The notes below the pieces were generated by a model. That model was not told the origin of the DNA and made no database searches. It was given only the letters and a program-made list of their open reading frames with translations. The translations under genes and the position numbers were made by a program. This document shows, piece after piece, positions 39,498-50,600 of a stretch of 64,000 bases of DNA. Origin of the DNA: Minisyncoccota bacterium (GTDB lineage: Bacteria > Patescibacteriota > Microgenomatia > UBA1400 > UBA12028); NCBI GenBank assembly GCA_016211945.1, contig JACRHV010000006.1:146093-210092 (forward strand), written 5' to 3'. Numbering within the stretch: position 1 is the stretch's first letter; every line of letters starts with the position of its first letter.

Positions 39498-39824
39498 ATG
39501 AGGAAATATGTTGTGTTTGAGAAACACGCACAAAAAGAAATACGCACTTTTCCTCAAACTGTTCAAATAAAATTCAAAGCAATACTAAAAATTTTAGAGG
39601 AGAAAGGAGAACTGCATTATCCGGATGCGAAAAAAATAGAACATAAAAATAATCTTTTTGAAATAAGAATAAAACATAGGGGGGAATGGAGGGCAATATA
39701 CACATATTCAACGCGGAATTATATTATTATCCTTTCCGCTTTTTATAAAAAAACACAAAAAACTCCAAAAGAAGAACTCGAGAAAGCAATAAGAAGATTG
39801 AACTTTCTTAAAGGAAAAATATGA
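39498..39824 (+). CDS. RelE/HigB-family toxin (Gp49-like)
   Basis: LFEIRI, R.IY, IIL.AF.KKTQKTP..E...A..R. Confidence 0.9.
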   Translation: MRKYVVFEKHAQKEIRTFPQTVQIKFKAILKILEEKGELHYPDAKKIEHKNNLFEIRIKHRGEWRAIYTYSTRNYIIILSAFYKKTQKTPKEELEKAIRRLNFLKGKI

Positions 39825-40132
39825 ACAAACTACACACTATTTCATTAAAAAATCTTAAAAAATACACTATTCCTGCGGAGAAATTTTATAAAACGTCTTC
39901 CCCTACAGAACAACATCAAGTTGAGAAGTATAAAAAGCAATTTGAAATGGTGATGGAGCTTCGTAAGGCTCGTAAATCGTTGAATATGACGCAGGAGACA
40001 CTAGCAAAAAAAGCACGTCTTCCACGTACAACTATTACAAAAGTTGAATCTGGAACACGAAATGTCACCTTAGAAACATTGATGATTATTGCACGTGCAA
40101 TGGGTAAACGCGTTGAGATTCGATTGAGATAA
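39821..40132 (+). CDS. HigA-like XRE-HTH antitoxin
   Basis: L..ARK...MTQ..LA......I.KVESG..N.TL.TL; ATGA overlap with the toxin. Confidence 0.88.
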   Translation: MNKLHTISLKNLKKYTIPAEKFYKTSSPTEQHQVEKYKKQFEMVMELRKARKSLNMTQETLAKKARLPRTTITKVESGTRNVTLETLMIIARAMGKRVEIRLR

Positions 40133-40185
40133 AAACAGCAGAATCTCGTTTGCCGTACTCAAGAGATTTGTGCTATCCTTTTGAT

Positions 40186-42354
40186 ATGGCTCGTCGGGGA
40201 AGAAAAAAAGCACCATTTAAGTTAAAAATTCGGATTGAGACGATCTACTCGCTTGGTTCATTACTTTTGTTTGCTGTTGGTGGACTTACGATCATTTCTT
40301 TTTCTGGCCAAGGAGAGCTTCTCCAGACAATGAACGATGGCTTGCGTCATTTGTTTGGCCCCGCAGCTCTCATTGTTCCGTTCCTCTTTTTTTCTGCGGG
40401 GTTGGTGTTGACGGGAGCGAAATGGTCATTTGCAAAACCGCAAGTCCTCCTCGGCGCCATCCTCCTCCTACTTTCTGTATCTACTTTAGGTGGTATGGGA
40501 TCAATTGGTGTTGATCTTTTCACCAATGTAAGCTCGCTCATTCAACCGTATGGAACGTACATCTTATTTTCACTTCTTGCAGTGGCATCGGTGCTCATTA
40601 TTTCAGACACCTCTATTCGGGAGCTTGTGCACATGTTCACCTCGGTTATTGATGTTCAGCCGAGCGTCGCAAAAACTGAAAAGCCGATCATGAAACTCCC
40701 ATTTGGTGGAACTGCAAAGGCGCTTGATGAGGGAGAGTTCAAGATTCGCGGCGGACAAGCACAAAAGCAACAGGAAATGAATGCGCTAAGACAGCAAACC
40801 GCCCAACCACAATCGCAAGATCAGCAGGTTCAGGTAAAGAAGGCAGCAATCCCCATGGCTCCCGAGATTCCGAACATGTTGTTGGTAAACCAGACGAACG
40901 ATCAGCAGATTTGGGAATACCCGCCAACCTCTCTACTCAATGCCAAGCCTCGAGGTCAGGCCGACCGTGGTGATGTGAAAGGGAACGCTTCTACTATTGA
41001 AAAGACGTTGGAATCCTTTGGTATTCGAGCAAAGGTACGTGAAGTGAATCTTGGGCCGGCGGTGACCCAGTATGCGTTAGAAATTTCACTCGGTACAAAA
41101 CTATCAAAAATCACTGCGCTTGCCAACGATCTGGCACTGGCACTTGCCGCGCCAACAGGGCAGATTCGTATAGAGGCTCCGATCCCCGGCCGCAACCTTG
41201 TTGGTATAGAAATTCCGAACAGATCGCCGGAAATTGTCACAATGCACACCGTCATGATGAGCGAACCGATGAAGAAACATCATTCCAAGTTGGCGGTAGG
41301 GTTAGGATTGAATGTTGCGGGTGAGGTCATTGTCGCGGACATTGCAAAGATGCCGCATGTGTTGATTGCTGGATCCACAGGCTCCGGTAAATCCGTGGCA
41401 GTGAACTCGTTCCTTGCCTCTATGTTATTCCGCGCCTCGCCGAATGAACTCAAATTGATTTTGGTTGATCCAAAGCGCGTGGAGTTGACGGGATACAACG
41501 ACATTCCACACCTTTTGACGCCGGTTATTGTGGAGCCGGACAAGGTAGTCTCGGCGCTCAAGTGGGCAACAAAAGAGATGGACCGACGCTACAAGGTGTT
41601 TGCGGAAGTTGGAGCGCGGAACATCGAAAGTTACAATGAGCTTGCAGGATTCCAAGCAATGCCATACATCGTGATTGTGATTGACGAGTTGGCCGATATC
41701 ATGTTATTCTCACCTGCGGAAGTTGAGGAGGCGGTGACGCGCATTGCGCAGATGGCGCGTGCAACAGGAATGCACTTGGTATTGGCAACACAACGCCCAT
41801 CTGTTGATGTTATTACAGGTCTCATTAAGGCGAACATCCCAACACGTATCGCATTTAACGTTGCGTCCATGATGGACTCGCGCGTGATCCTAGACAGTCC
41901 GGGTGCGGAAAAGCTGCTTGGCAGAGGAGACATGCTTTACGTTCCACCAGATCAAGCAAAACCCACACGTATTCAAGGGACCTTTATCTCTGACAAAGAG
42001 ATTCACGCAATGATTGATTTTCTGCGGAAGTCCGGAAAACAACCAGAGTATCAGGAGGATATTACGACGAAGTTCCAGTCTGCAAAATTGACTGGAAAAG
42101 TAGCAGGCGGGACGGGTGGAGATGGCGGTGGGGACGCACTCATTGATGAAGCGGTGAAAATTGTGATGGAGTACGATCGTGCCTCTGCATCGGTACTACA
42201 ACGCCGCTTGTCTGTGGGATACTCACGTGCGGCAAGGATGATCGACACCTTGTTCGAGATGGGTATCGTGAGTCCTCCGGATGGAAGCAAACCTCGCGAA
42301 GTAAATATGAAGGCTGCGCAGGACTACCTCAATACAAAACAGCAGATGTCGTAA
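40186..42354 (+). CDS. ftsK: DNA translocase FtsK/SpoIIIE
   Basis: 4-TM N-terminus, RIEAPIPG, PH.LIAG.TGSGKS, IDELAD, ATQRPSVDV, gamma domain LQRRL.VGY.RA. Confidence 0.98.
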   Translation: MARRGRKKAPFKLKIRIETIYSLGSLLLFAVGGLTIISFSGQGELLQTMNDGLRHLFGPAALIVPFLFFSAGLVLTGAKWSFAKPQVLLGAILLLLSVSTLGGMGSIGVDLFTNVSSLIQPYGTYILFSLLAVASVLIISDTSIRELVHMFTSVIDVQPSVAKTEKPIMKLPFGGTAKALDEGEFKIRGGQAQKQQEMNALRQQTAQPQSQDQQVQVKKAAIPMAPEIPNMLLVNQTNDQQIWEYPPTSLLNAKPRGQADRGDVKGNASTIEKTLESFGIRAKVREVNLGPAVTQYALEISLGTKLSKITALANDLALALAAPTGQIRIEAPIPGRNLVGIEIPNRSPEIVTMHTVMMSEPMKKHHSKLAVGLGLNVAGEVIVADIAKMPHVLIAGSTGSGKSVAVNSFLASMLFRASPNELKLILVDPKRVELTGYNDIPHLLTPVIVEPDKVVSALKWATKEMDRRYKVFAEVGARNIESYNELAGFQAMPYIVIVIDELADIMLFSPAEVEEAVTRIAQMARATGMHLVLATQRPSVDVITGLIKANIPTRIAFNVASMMDSRVILDSPGAEKLLGRGDMLYVPPDQAKPTRIQGTFISDKEIHAMIDFLRKSGKQPEYQEDITTKFQSAKLTGKVAGGTGGDGGGDALIDEAVKIVMEYDRASASVLQRRLSVGYSRAARMIDTLFEMGIVSPPDGSKPREVNMKAAQDYLNTKQQMS

Positions 42355-42357
42355 CAT

Positions 42358-42990
42358 ATGAAAACGGTTGGTGAACTGCTCCATGATGGTCGTGTTTCTC
42401 TAAAAAAAGACGTCCATGAGATTGCTCGGACAACACACATCCGTGAAGAATATTTGGAAGCGATGGAACAAAACGCGTTCGAGAAGCTCCCTGAAGGTCC
42501 TTTTGTAAAAGGATTTCTCCGTACCTATGCGCTCGAACTCAATATGGAGCCAGACCACGTCCTCGCAGTGTATCGGCGTGATTTTGGAGATAAAAAAATA
42601 CCACAGCTTTTTCCAAAAGGATTGGTTTATCCGATTCGCCGCCTATCCTATCTCACGATTCACCCGTTCGTTTTTGGTATAGGAGTGGTATGTTGCGTTG
42701 TTGGATTCTTTTTGGCATACCAATGGTATGTATTCACACAGCCGCCGGAAGTTATTGTGTATGAACCAACCGAAAAGCAGGAAACACACTCTCCACTGCA
42801 AGTTCGCGGAAAGACCTCAACAGATGCTGTAGTCTATGTGAATGCCAATCCCGTTGCACTAGATCAAGATGGAAAATTTACAACAAATATTGAGTTGCAG
42901 GTTGGCGAGCAAACGGTGCGTGTTGAAGTACAAAGCCGACAGGGGAAAAGGAGAGTGATTCAGCGAGTTGTACGTGTCCTCGAAAAATGA
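42358..42990 (+). CDS. RodZ-like HTH membrane protein with Ig-like C-terminal domain
   Basis: T.I...YL.A.E...F..LP...FV.GF.R.YA, one TM, beta-rich tail; follows ftsK. Confidence 0.82.
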   Translation: MKTVGELLHDGRVSLKKDVHEIARTTHIREEYLEAMEQNAFEKLPEGPFVKGFLRTYALELNMEPDHVLAVYRRDFGDKKIPQLFPKGLVYPIRRLSYLTIHPFVFGIGVVCCVVGFFLAYQWYVFTQPPEVIVYEPTEKQETHSPLQVRGKTSTDAVVYVNANPVALDQDGKFTTNIELQVGEQTVRVEVQSRQGKRRVIQRVVRVLEK

Positions 42991-43024
42991 TACGCTCTTC
43001 TTGATAGAAAAAAGGAAAAAATCT

Positions 43025-43294
43025 ATGGATCCACTTGTTCTTACACTAACGATTGTGAGTTCAGTCTTAGCAGTTTTTTTGATTGCATTAGGAGTACAGG
43101 CGTTTTTAGTGTTACGCGAGACACGGAAAACACTGCAACGCGTAAATGGCATAATTGATGTTGCAGAGCACACCGTTGTTCGCGCATTGGTGCCACTTTC
43201 TAGCTTGGGAGGTTTCGTGACCGGTATGAAAAGCGGGATGAAGGTATTTGAACATTTTGTGCAGTACGTGAAGAAGGTTGCAGATGAAGAATAA
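43025..43294 (+). CDS. Small membrane protein (DUF948-like)
   Basis: N-terminal TM followed by L.E.RKTL..VN.I. Confidence 0.6.
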   Translation: MDPLVLTLTIVSSVLAVFLIALGVQAFLVLRETRKTLQRVNGIIDVAEHTVVRALVPLSSLGGFVTGMKSGMKVFEHFVQYVKKVADEE

Positions 43295-43598
43295 TGATCT
43301 CCAGGTGTTGAGTTCTTCAGCTGAACCACATGATAACGGGTTTTTGCCAGGTCTTGTCTTTGGCGCATTCGCCGGTATTGCCGGAATGTTTTTGTTTGGG
43401 ACAAAGAAGGGGCAGAAAACCGTTGAGCAGATGAAAAAGACATGGAGAAAGATGAAGCCGGAGGTAGAGGAAGAGTTGGAGAAGGCGGGACATAAGATGG
43501 AGAAGACAAATAGGCCCGTGTTACAAGCATTGGGTGAAATTGCACAGTATGTGGCGGAGAAGTTAGATGATGGTAGAGGAAAAAAGGGTAAAAAATAA
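43284..43598 (+). CDS. YtxH-like protein
   Basis: GF..G...GA..G.A...LF...KG.K motif then coiled coil. Confidence 0.7.
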   Translation: MKNNDLQVLSSSAEPHDNGFLPGLVFGAFAGIAGMFLFGTKKGQKTVEQMKKTWRKMKPEVEEELEKAGHKMEKTNRPVLQALGEIAQYVAEKLDDGRGKKGKK

Positions 43599-43664
43599 CA
43601 CGAATAGGTCAGTTATTTCGTGATTTTTTATTGAATTACTACACGAAATGGGTACAATAAACAT

Positions 43665-45269
43665 ATGAACGAAGCAAATCAGCCAGATCCTTTAGCAATG
43701 CTTGATAGACAGATTGGTGTCGTAAAAGGTTATGCAGATCGTTTGGACACTGCTAAAACGGTGGTTGATGAACAAAAGACAGCAGCGGACAGGGATGTTA
43801 ACAATCTGGTACAAAAGGCAGAAATATTTACTGGTACAGATGCGAATCTCGCACAAGTTCAAGACAATTTAAAAGCTGTTCAACAAAGAAATGATCCTCA
43901 AGAAAACGGTCTTTTTAATCTGGGTAAATATTTCAACAGAGCTGCTAAAGAAGAAGAAAGAAAACTTCAAGGTGTTGTTAATAATCTACAGGAGCAAAAA
44001 CAGACAACACAACACGAATATGAGGAAGCAGTGAAAGTTGCTGCAGAATCATCTTTACCGCTACAACGTACAGAAGAAGACTTGAAAAGAATGCCTGAAT
44101 TGTTGGGTGCAAATAGCAGAGGCGGTGGGTATGAAACTTCAGAAAAAATGACGTCTGCTCTTGAAAAACAAGACAAACTTGCATCCTCTTTGAAGTGGTA
44201 TGAGGGTTTACATTATGATGTAAACCCAGAATGTGCATTCTCGGTGGACGCAATTGGGGCAATGAAAGATAAATTCATTGCAGTATATTGGCAAAAAAAA
44301 TTTGATGAGAATGCAAAAACAGTAGCTGAAGAAAAACAGTATATTGAAGAGTTAAAACAAAAGAAGGGATACGAACAATATTCTATAGACCAAGCTATTG
44401 GTAATGCACAAAAAACAATAGATCGCATTGTAGCAAGTGATGAGTATGAAAGAAAGAAAGCGGATCGAGAAGCAAATGAAGCTGTTGTAACGATGACAGG
44501 ATTTTTTGAGAAAGCTGTGGAGTATGCAGATGAACATGGAATCGAGGTAAGTAGAAATGTATTGGAACAAGCGTTGTCACGTGGTTTTCTTGAGGGAAGT
44601 ACTCGAAGAAGAATTGGTCAGTATAATAATGAAGATGGTAAATTTGAGGCGGGTTACAAAGCATATTTGGCCGAATTGCTTAAAACAAAGCCAGAGGAAA
44701 TTCATCCAGATCTTTTTTTTACAGATACGTATTCTTTAGCAGCGTTTTCACTTGATGGTTTGGTAAAAAAACACGGCCTTAAGCAAGATGCCTCGCTTAT
44801 TCCAGAGATTATCGCATATATCGGTGGAGTTGCTGCACAGCAAGAATATAGTGGAAGAAGAAAATTAGAAATATTATTAAGAGATCTTCTTGTTGATGTA
44901 CTGGAAGTTGATAAAGATGCTTTTGTCCGAGAAGGTAGAGCTTGGGTAAAGGGACATGTAAAAGAAGGCACCTATCCTTTGGGTGGACAAACTCGGTGGG
45001 GTGGATATGGTTCTGGGGTTGGTGAGGATCATCGATTTTCAACAACAGTAAGTATATCAGCAACAAATTTTGGGACGAGTGATGATGGATTGCGAGAAAA
45101 AATTCGTGAAGCTAATGTTATGGCGAAAAAAATCATTCAGGGAATTTATGACAAAGATTGTCTTCGAAGCATACCTAATGTTGATGAAAATTTTGGTCTT
45201 CCTGATGGTGGACGTGCGATGGATGTGTTAGATATCCATAACCTATCTGAAGCAAGAACTCATTTTTAA
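43665..45269 (+). CDS. Hypothetical coiled-coil protein
   Basis: 534-aa AT-rich ORF with TACAAT 6 nt upstream. Confidence 0.8.
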   Translation: MNEANQPDPLAMLDRQIGVVKGYADRLDTAKTVVDEQKTAADRDVNNLVQKAEIFTGTDANLAQVQDNLKAVQQRNDPQENGLFNLGKYFNRAAKEEERKLQGVVNNLQEQKQTTQHEYEEAVKVAAESSLPLQRTEEDLKRMPELLGANSRGGGYETSEKMTSALEKQDKLASSLKWYEGLHYDVNPECAFSVDAIGAMKDKFIAVYWQKKFDENAKTVAEEKQYIEELKQKKGYEQYSIDQAIGNAQKTIDRIVASDEYERKKADREANEAVVTMTGFFEKAVEYADEHGIEVSRNVLEQALSRGFLEGSTRRRIGQYNNEDGKFEAGYKAYLAELLKTKPEEIHPDLFFTDTYSLAAFSLDGLVKKHGLKQDASLIPEIIAYIGGVAAQQEYSGRRKLEILLRDLLVDVLEVDKDAFVREGRAWVKGHVKEGTYPLGGQTRWGGYGSGVGEDHRFSTTVSISATNFGTSDDGLREKIREANVMAKKIIQGIYDKDCLRSIPNVDENFGLPDGGRAMDVLDIHNLSEARTHF

Positions 45270-45306
45270 TGTTGGATTATTTTCTCCTCTGCTATAATTC
45301 CTCCAT

Positions 45307-47160
45307 ATGACTCCAAATCAGTTGCGCGCAACCTACATCAAGTTTTTTGTTGATCGTGGACATGTTGAAATCCCCTCCGCCTCCTTGGTTCCGGAAAATG
45401 ATCCCACGACCCTATTCACCAGTTCTGGGATGCAACCACTTGTTCCCTACCTCCTCGGGCAGTCCCACCCCTCGGGGAAAAAATTAGTTGACTCACAAAA
45501 GAGCTTTCGGTCACAGGATATTGAGGAAGTGGGCGACAATAGACACACCACATTTTTTGAGATGCTTGGGAACTGGTCGCTCGGTGAATACTTCAAAAAA
45601 GAACAACTTGCATGGTTTTTCGAGTTCCTCACAAAAGAAATCAGACTTGATCCCAACCGCCTCTTTGTGACGGTCTTCGCGGGAAACCCCGCAGTTCCCC
45701 GTGACATAGACTCGGTAGGAATCTGGAAATCACTTTTTTCGTCCGCCAACATACAAGCAAAAGACGTTGAGGATGCCGAGAATAAGGGTATGCAGGGTGG
45801 CCGTATCTTTTACTACGGTGAAAAGAAAAATTGGTGGTCGCGATCTGGCGTTCCGTCGGCGATGCCTGCGGGTGAACCGGGTGGACCAGACAGTGAAATA
45901 TTTTACGATTTTGGTGCGGAACTTCAACTCCACGAAACCTCGCAGTTCGCACATCAAGACTGTCACGTGAACTGCGACTGCGGCCGGTTCATGGAGATTG
46001 GAAACAGTGTATTCATGCAATATCAAAAACAGGCGGATGGATCGTTCAAAGAACTACCACAGAAGAATGTGGATTTTGGCGGTGGATTCGAACGCATTCT
46101 CGCAGCGATGGATAACACACTTGATGTATTCACCACCGATCTTTTTCGTCCAATTCTTACCACAATAGAAGAAATTTCGCACATATCGTATGATGGCAAA
46201 CACAAGCGCAACTTCCGTATTATTGCCGACCATGTTCGTGCCTCGGTCATGTTAGCGGCTGATGGTGTTGTGCCATCGAACAAAGAACAAGGCTACGTAT
46301 TGCGCCGGCTAATTCGCAGAGCAGTTCGGTTTGGCAAGCTACTCGGCATTCAAATCCCATTCATATTAGAAGTTGCGCAGTCGGTGATTGATCAATACAA
46401 GGAAATATACTCGGACGTTGGAGAAAATTCCGCTGCAATTCTCAGCACGCTCCAAGAAGAAGAACAAAAATTTGGCAAAACGATCACCAAAGGACTCAAA
46501 GAAATTGAAAAAGTTCCAACACTCAATGGTGAGATCGCGTTTACGCTCTATGAGACCTATGGTTTTCCATTCGAGTTAACCGAGGAAATTGCCCGAGAGC
46601 GCGGGCAACAGGTGGAGTATGGAACATTCCGCAAAGCATTTGAAAAACACCAAGAGCTTTCTCGTACCACGTCCAAAGGAATGTTTAAGGGTGGGCTTGC
46701 GGATCATTCTGAAATAGTGACAAAATATCACACCGCAACACACCTTCTTCATGCCGCACTCCGTGAGGTATTAGGAAAACATGTTACACAGCAAGGCTCA
46801 AATCTCACGGCAGAACGGTTGCGGTTTGATTTTTCGCACCCCCAACCATTAACAGAAGATCAAAAGAAAAAAGTTGAGTCGATCATCAATGAAAAAATTG
46901 CAGATGCTCTTCCGGTCACACCACAGTTCATGAAAAAAGACGAGGCATTGGCACAGGGAGCACTCGCATTTTTCCAAGAAAAATATGGAGACACCGTTTC
47001 TGTGTATACCATTGGACATGATCCGGAAAAAGATTGGTATTCAAAGGAGTTGTGTGGTGGGCCGCATGTTAAAAATACACAAGACATTGGAAAAATGAAG
47101 ATTACAAAAGAAGAGTCTATTGGATCTGGGAAGAGACGTATTTATCTCCAACTGGCTTAA
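45307..47160 (+). CDS. alaS: Alanyl-tRNA synthetase (lacks C-Ala domain)
   Basis: DPTTLFT..GM, H.TFFEMLGNWS, GY.LRRLIRRA, HTATHLL, RFDF.H, ELCGG.HV, G.RRI at the very end. Confidence 0.97.
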   Translation: MTPNQLRATYIKFFVDRGHVEIPSASLVPENDPTTLFTSSGMQPLVPYLLGQSHPSGKKLVDSQKSFRSQDIEEVGDNRHTTFFEMLGNWSLGEYFKKEQLAWFFEFLTKEIRLDPNRLFVTVFAGNPAVPRDIDSVGIWKSLFSSANIQAKDVEDAENKGMQGGRIFYYGEKKNWWSRSGVPSAMPAGEPGGPDSEIFYDFGAELQLHETSQFAHQDCHVNCDCGRFMEIGNSVFMQYQKQADGSFKELPQKNVDFGGGFERILAAMDNTLDVFTTDLFRPILTTIEEISHISYDGKHKRNFRIIADHVRASVMLAADGVVPSNKEQGYVLRRLIRRAVRFGKLLGIQIPFILEVAQSVIDQYKEIYSDVGENSAAILSTLQEEEQKFGKTITKGLKEIEKVPTLNGEIAFTLYETYGFPFELTEEIARERGQQVEYGTFRKAFEKHQELSRTTSKGMFKGGLADHSEIVTKYHTATHLLHAALREVLGKHVTQQGSNLTAERLRFDFSHPQPLTEDQKKKVESIINEKIADALPVTPQFMKKDEALAQGALAFFQEKYGDTVSVYTIGHDPEKDWYSKELCGGPHVKNTQDIGKMKITKEESIGSGKRRIYLQLA

Positions 47161-47390
47161 TTGCGAGCACGTTGTTCTACAACACTAAGTCGTGTTTCAT
47201 GATTTTCAACAACGTCTTGTAACTCGCTGACGTGGTGAACAGTAACAATGTGGTCTTCTTGAAGTGGATGAAGTTCTGCGAGAATTTCATCTTTAAACTT
47301 TGCCATATCACTTAAGAGCGACTGTCGCACTTCTGCGAATTTTTCATCAAATATATCCTTTATAATCTGTACATCACGTTTTGTGAGCAT
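47157..47390 (-). CDS. Small coiled-coil hypothetical protein
   Basis: SD AGGAGG; MLT..D...I and HE.R...VE pattern. Confidence 0.7.
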   Translation of the reverse strand: MLTKRDVQIIKDIFDEKFAEVRQSLLSDMAKFKDEILAELHPLQEDHIVTVHHVSELQDVVENHETRLSVVEQRARN

Positions 47391-47565
47391 AGTACCTCCT
47401 ACTTTAACAAGATCTCATCGCTCTTTCAACGAGATCTTACTTGTCGAATATGTATCGCTATAGTACAAACAGAACCTTACAATTACCTTACAAAAACATA
47501 ACTGCTCCTTATGTAGTCAAAGAGACTTTAAACTTGAGGCAGAACCTTCTATACTGTTTGTATAT

Positions 47566-49788
47566 ATGGCCCTGCCAAACGTTTTTGGTACAAAAAAATC
47601 GTCTGATCTCAAGCGTATGCTCGCGCTTGATATCGGATATGAAGTTGTGACTGCAGCGGTGTGGGAACTTCAGGATGGTCACGCAAAAGTCATCAAAACG
47701 AGCAGTCCCATAGAGTGGCACGAGGAGCGTGTTGAGGAGCTTACCGAAGCATCTGATGTTGCGTTTGAGGAACTCGGCAAGGAGTCGGTGGAGATTGACG
47801 AGGTACTACTTGGGTTACAGGAGGAGTGGGTCGAGGGAGCGCACATCAAAGAAGACCGTAAAAAATATTTACGTGGACTTAAAGATCAACTCGCGCTCAA
47901 ACCCATAGGATTTGTGGTGACGCATGAAGCACTTTCTACCTATCTCCAGGAACTAGAGGGTGGTCCGGTCAATGCACTGCTTGTTGAGTACACCACCGCA
48001 GTTATCGCGGTGTGTATAGTTCGGGCAAAAACGAAAACACCGGTTGTTGTGGTTGGTAGGAGTGGTGAGAGTATCGCAGATCTCTCCGAGGCGCTGACGA
48101 GGATAAAAGAAAATCAATATCCCGCGCGTATTATTGTCTATAGTGCGCGAATGAAACAGGAGGAGTTGGATAAAGAGAAACAAACTCTTCTTGCGCATGA
48201 TTGGCAGAAAGTCTTTCCATTTCAACACATACCAAAAGTTGAGACATTGCCCCATAACGTTGTGATCTCTGCTGTGTGTTTGGCGGGCGGAGGAGGAACA
48301 TCACAGATGGCAGAAGCGACACAAGGAGAGACACAACCACTTTTCGTGGATCAAGAAGTACATCAAAATGTGCAAGATGTATCAACTGATTTTGGATTCC
48401 AAGAGGTACAGATGGACAATCTAAAATCAGAGCAGATCGGAATGCAAACAGAGACAGAGCAAGAAGAGATGAACAGAGATGAGGAAGAGTCTGTCGTGTC
48501 TCCTTCAAGAAAACAATTTTCATTTTCGCCCATGCCGTTTTTTCATGCACTCAAAACTCCAGTACAAAAAATGTGGAACAGTCTCTCCGCCGGACAAACA
48601 TTAAGTGCGAAGTTTCATTCGGATGTGCGTGGGACAAAAACATTGCGCATTTTGAGTGTTTGTGTTGTTGTCGCACTTCTTGGCGGAACGGTGTTTGGGT
48701 GGTGGTATCTTTCCACAACAATGACAGCACAGGTCATCCTTTCACTCAAAACACAGCCATTTGCACAGGACGTGGAGATCACGCTCGATTCATCATTGAA
48801 GCAGAGTGATCCGGAAGGCGGAATATTGAAGGTAGATCGGGTGGAAAAAGAGGTAGAGGGCGAAAGAGAAACAAATACAACAGGAATAAAGATTGTTGGC
48901 GATCGGGCAAAAGGCAAAGTGACGCTGTTCAACGCGACAAGTGGAGAAAAAACATTTCCAGCGGGGACGATACTCCAAGGTCCAAATAATCTAAAGTTCA
49001 CATTAGATGAAAAGGTTGTTGTTGCGAGCAGCGGTGGCTCGGCACAGAGTCTTCAACCTGGAACAGCATCCGCAAACGCAACTGCCTCAAACATTGGGAC
49101 AGAGTCAAATGTTTCGGAGAAAACCGAGTTTCTCATTGCGAATTTTGATAAGAAATCGTATGTTGCAGTGAGTGATGGGGCGTTTACTGGCGGCTCAAGC
49201 CGTGAAATTCAAGCTGTTGCAAAAGAAGATCAAGCAAAACTTGAACAACTTCTGATGAAAGATTTGCAAAAGCGGGCTATTGATGCACTCCAGCAAGAAC
49301 AGAAAGACGGGACAAAGATTATTCCTATTGGTGATGTCGCGGTAAAAACAAAAATCTTTGATGCTAAGGTTGGCGAGGAAGCGAAACTTGTCAATCTCAA
49401 GTTGACGGTGACCGCGCATGCGTTGCGGTATACCACGGCAGACCTCCTTCCAGTCGCACAGTATATGTTGCGGTCGTCACTCCCCTCAACAATGGTACTC
49501 AGAGAAGAAAAAACACAGATTGATCCACAAGAAATTCAAGATACAACAGAAACAAGTGTGAAGCTAAAGGCTACGCTGTCATCTGAGGGAATTCCGACCG
49601 TTGATCGATCAGCAATTGTTCAATCTATCCAAGGAAAAACAACAGCACAGGCAACCTCGATCTTGAAAGAACGGTCAGAAATCGGAGAATCTGTAATTCG
49701 TATAACTCCTTCTTTTGCGGGTCTCCTTTTTGGATCACTTCCAGAATCAGCAGCAAATATTCAAATACAGACAAAGGTGGGGTTATGA
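47566..49788 (+). CDS. FtsA-like N-domain / TM / baseplate-J-like C-domain protein
   Basis: LALDIG N-terminus, acidic linker, one TM, A.G.VT..N, G.ESN, FTGG.S motifs. Confidence 0.65.
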   Translation: MALPNVFGTKKSSDLKRMLALDIGYEVVTAAVWELQDGHAKVIKTSSPIEWHEERVEELTEASDVAFEELGKESVEIDEVLLGLQEEWVEGAHIKEDRKKYLRGLKDQLALKPIGFVVTHEALSTYLQELEGGPVNALLVEYTTAVIAVCIVRAKTKTPVVVVGRSGESIADLSEALTRIKENQYPARIIVYSARMKQEELDKEKQTLLAHDWQKVFPFQHIPKVETLPHNVVISAVCLAGGGGTSQMAEATQGETQPLFVDQEVHQNVQDVSTDFGFQEVQMDNLKSEQIGMQTETEQEEMNRDEEESVVSPSRKQFSFSPMPFFHALKTPVQKMWNSLSAGQTLSAKFHSDVRGTKTLRILSVCVVVALLGGTVFGWWYLSTTMTAQVILSLKTQPFAQDVEITLDSSLKQSDPEGGILKVDRVEKEVEGERETNTTGIKIVGDRAKGKVTLFNATSGEKTFPAGTILQGPNNLKFTLDEKVVVASSGGSAQSLQPGTASANATASNIGTESNVSEKTEFLIANFDKKSYVAVSDGAFTGGSSREIQAVAKEDQAKLEQLLMKDLQKRAIDALQQEQKDGTKIIPIGDVAVKTKIFDAKVGEEAKLVNLKLTVTAHALRYTTADLLPVAQYMLRSSLPSTMVLREEKTQIDPQEIQDTTETSVKLKATLSSEGIPTVDRSAIVQSIQGKTTAQATSILKERSEIGESVIRITPSFAGLLFGSLPESAANIQIQTKVGL

Positions 49789-50600
49789 GTGTGGTTTACA
49801 CAAAAGCGAAACCGGCGTATGTACCGCCACATCAAACCCGGGTGCAAAAAACACACATCCACCGGTTTGTGAATATACTCCCCGCAGTCCTCGTGACATT
49901 CGGTAGTGTACTCATTGCAAACGTGCTATGGCCTATTCTTTCTTTTCAGATCTTTACCTCACCGCTTCTCCAGACACCCACTTTTGTTGCTCCTGTTGCG
50001 GAAGAGCAGATGGTGCAGTACCAGCCTGCAGTGTTGCCGGTGAAAGCGGCAGAGGAGACACAAAATCTTCCAACTCCCACACCGACGATCTTGGATGGCG
50101 AACTGGATTACACGAACCTCGCGCTTTGGTTTCCGTCACAGCATTTGCAGGATTTTAAAGAGCAGGAAGCAAAAAGTTACTCTCTCACTATCCCTGAACT
50201 TGATATAGAAAATGCGGTAGTAAAAATCGGTGGTTTGAATCTTGATAAAAACCTCATCCAATACCCTGGAACGGCAAATCCCGGTGAACTCGGTTCGCCT
50301 ATTATTTTTGGCCATTCAGTTTCACCGCTGTTTTATAATCCATCAATAAACAATTCAAAACGTTACACATCAATCTTTACGAAAATTATGACCTTGAAAA
50401 AAGATGATAAAATCATCGTCAATTACGATGGTATTACCTATACCTATCGTGTAACAAATAAAATCGAGGTAAAGCCGGACGATACCTATATCCTTGAACA
50501 ACGGTATGACGTGCGGGAACTCAAACTCGTGACATGCACACCGCCGGGAACCTATCTGCGTCGGGGTATTGTATTTGCACAGCTGGAAGATTTTGAATGA
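49785..50600 (+). CDS. Sortase family protein
   Basis: N-terminal TM; YPGTA.PG..G..IIFGHS (His), LVTC.P.G (Cys), R (Arg). Confidence 0.9.
   Translation: MSVVYTKAKPAYVPPHQTRVQKTHIHRFVNILPAVLVTFGSVLIANVLWPILSFQIFTSPLLQTPTFVAPVAEEQMVQYQPAVLPVKAAEETQNLPTPTPTILDGELDYTNLALWFPSQHLQDFKEQEAKSYSLTIPELDIENAVVKIGGLNLDKNLIQYPGTANPGELGSPIIFGHSVSPLFYNPSINNSKRYTSIFTKIMTLKKDDKIIVNYDGITYTYRVTNKIEVKPDDTYILEQRYDVRELKLVTCTPPGTYLRRGIVFAQLEDFE

Noticed and set aside
45307-47160. alaS as a truncated pseudogene
   Set aside because: Aminoacylation and editing domains are intact and it ends cleanly; loss of C-Ala is a known short form
47566-49788. Prophage or contractile injection system suggested by the baseplate-J-like domain
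   Set aside because: No sheath, tube, capsid, terminase or integrase nearby; embedded among housekeeping genes
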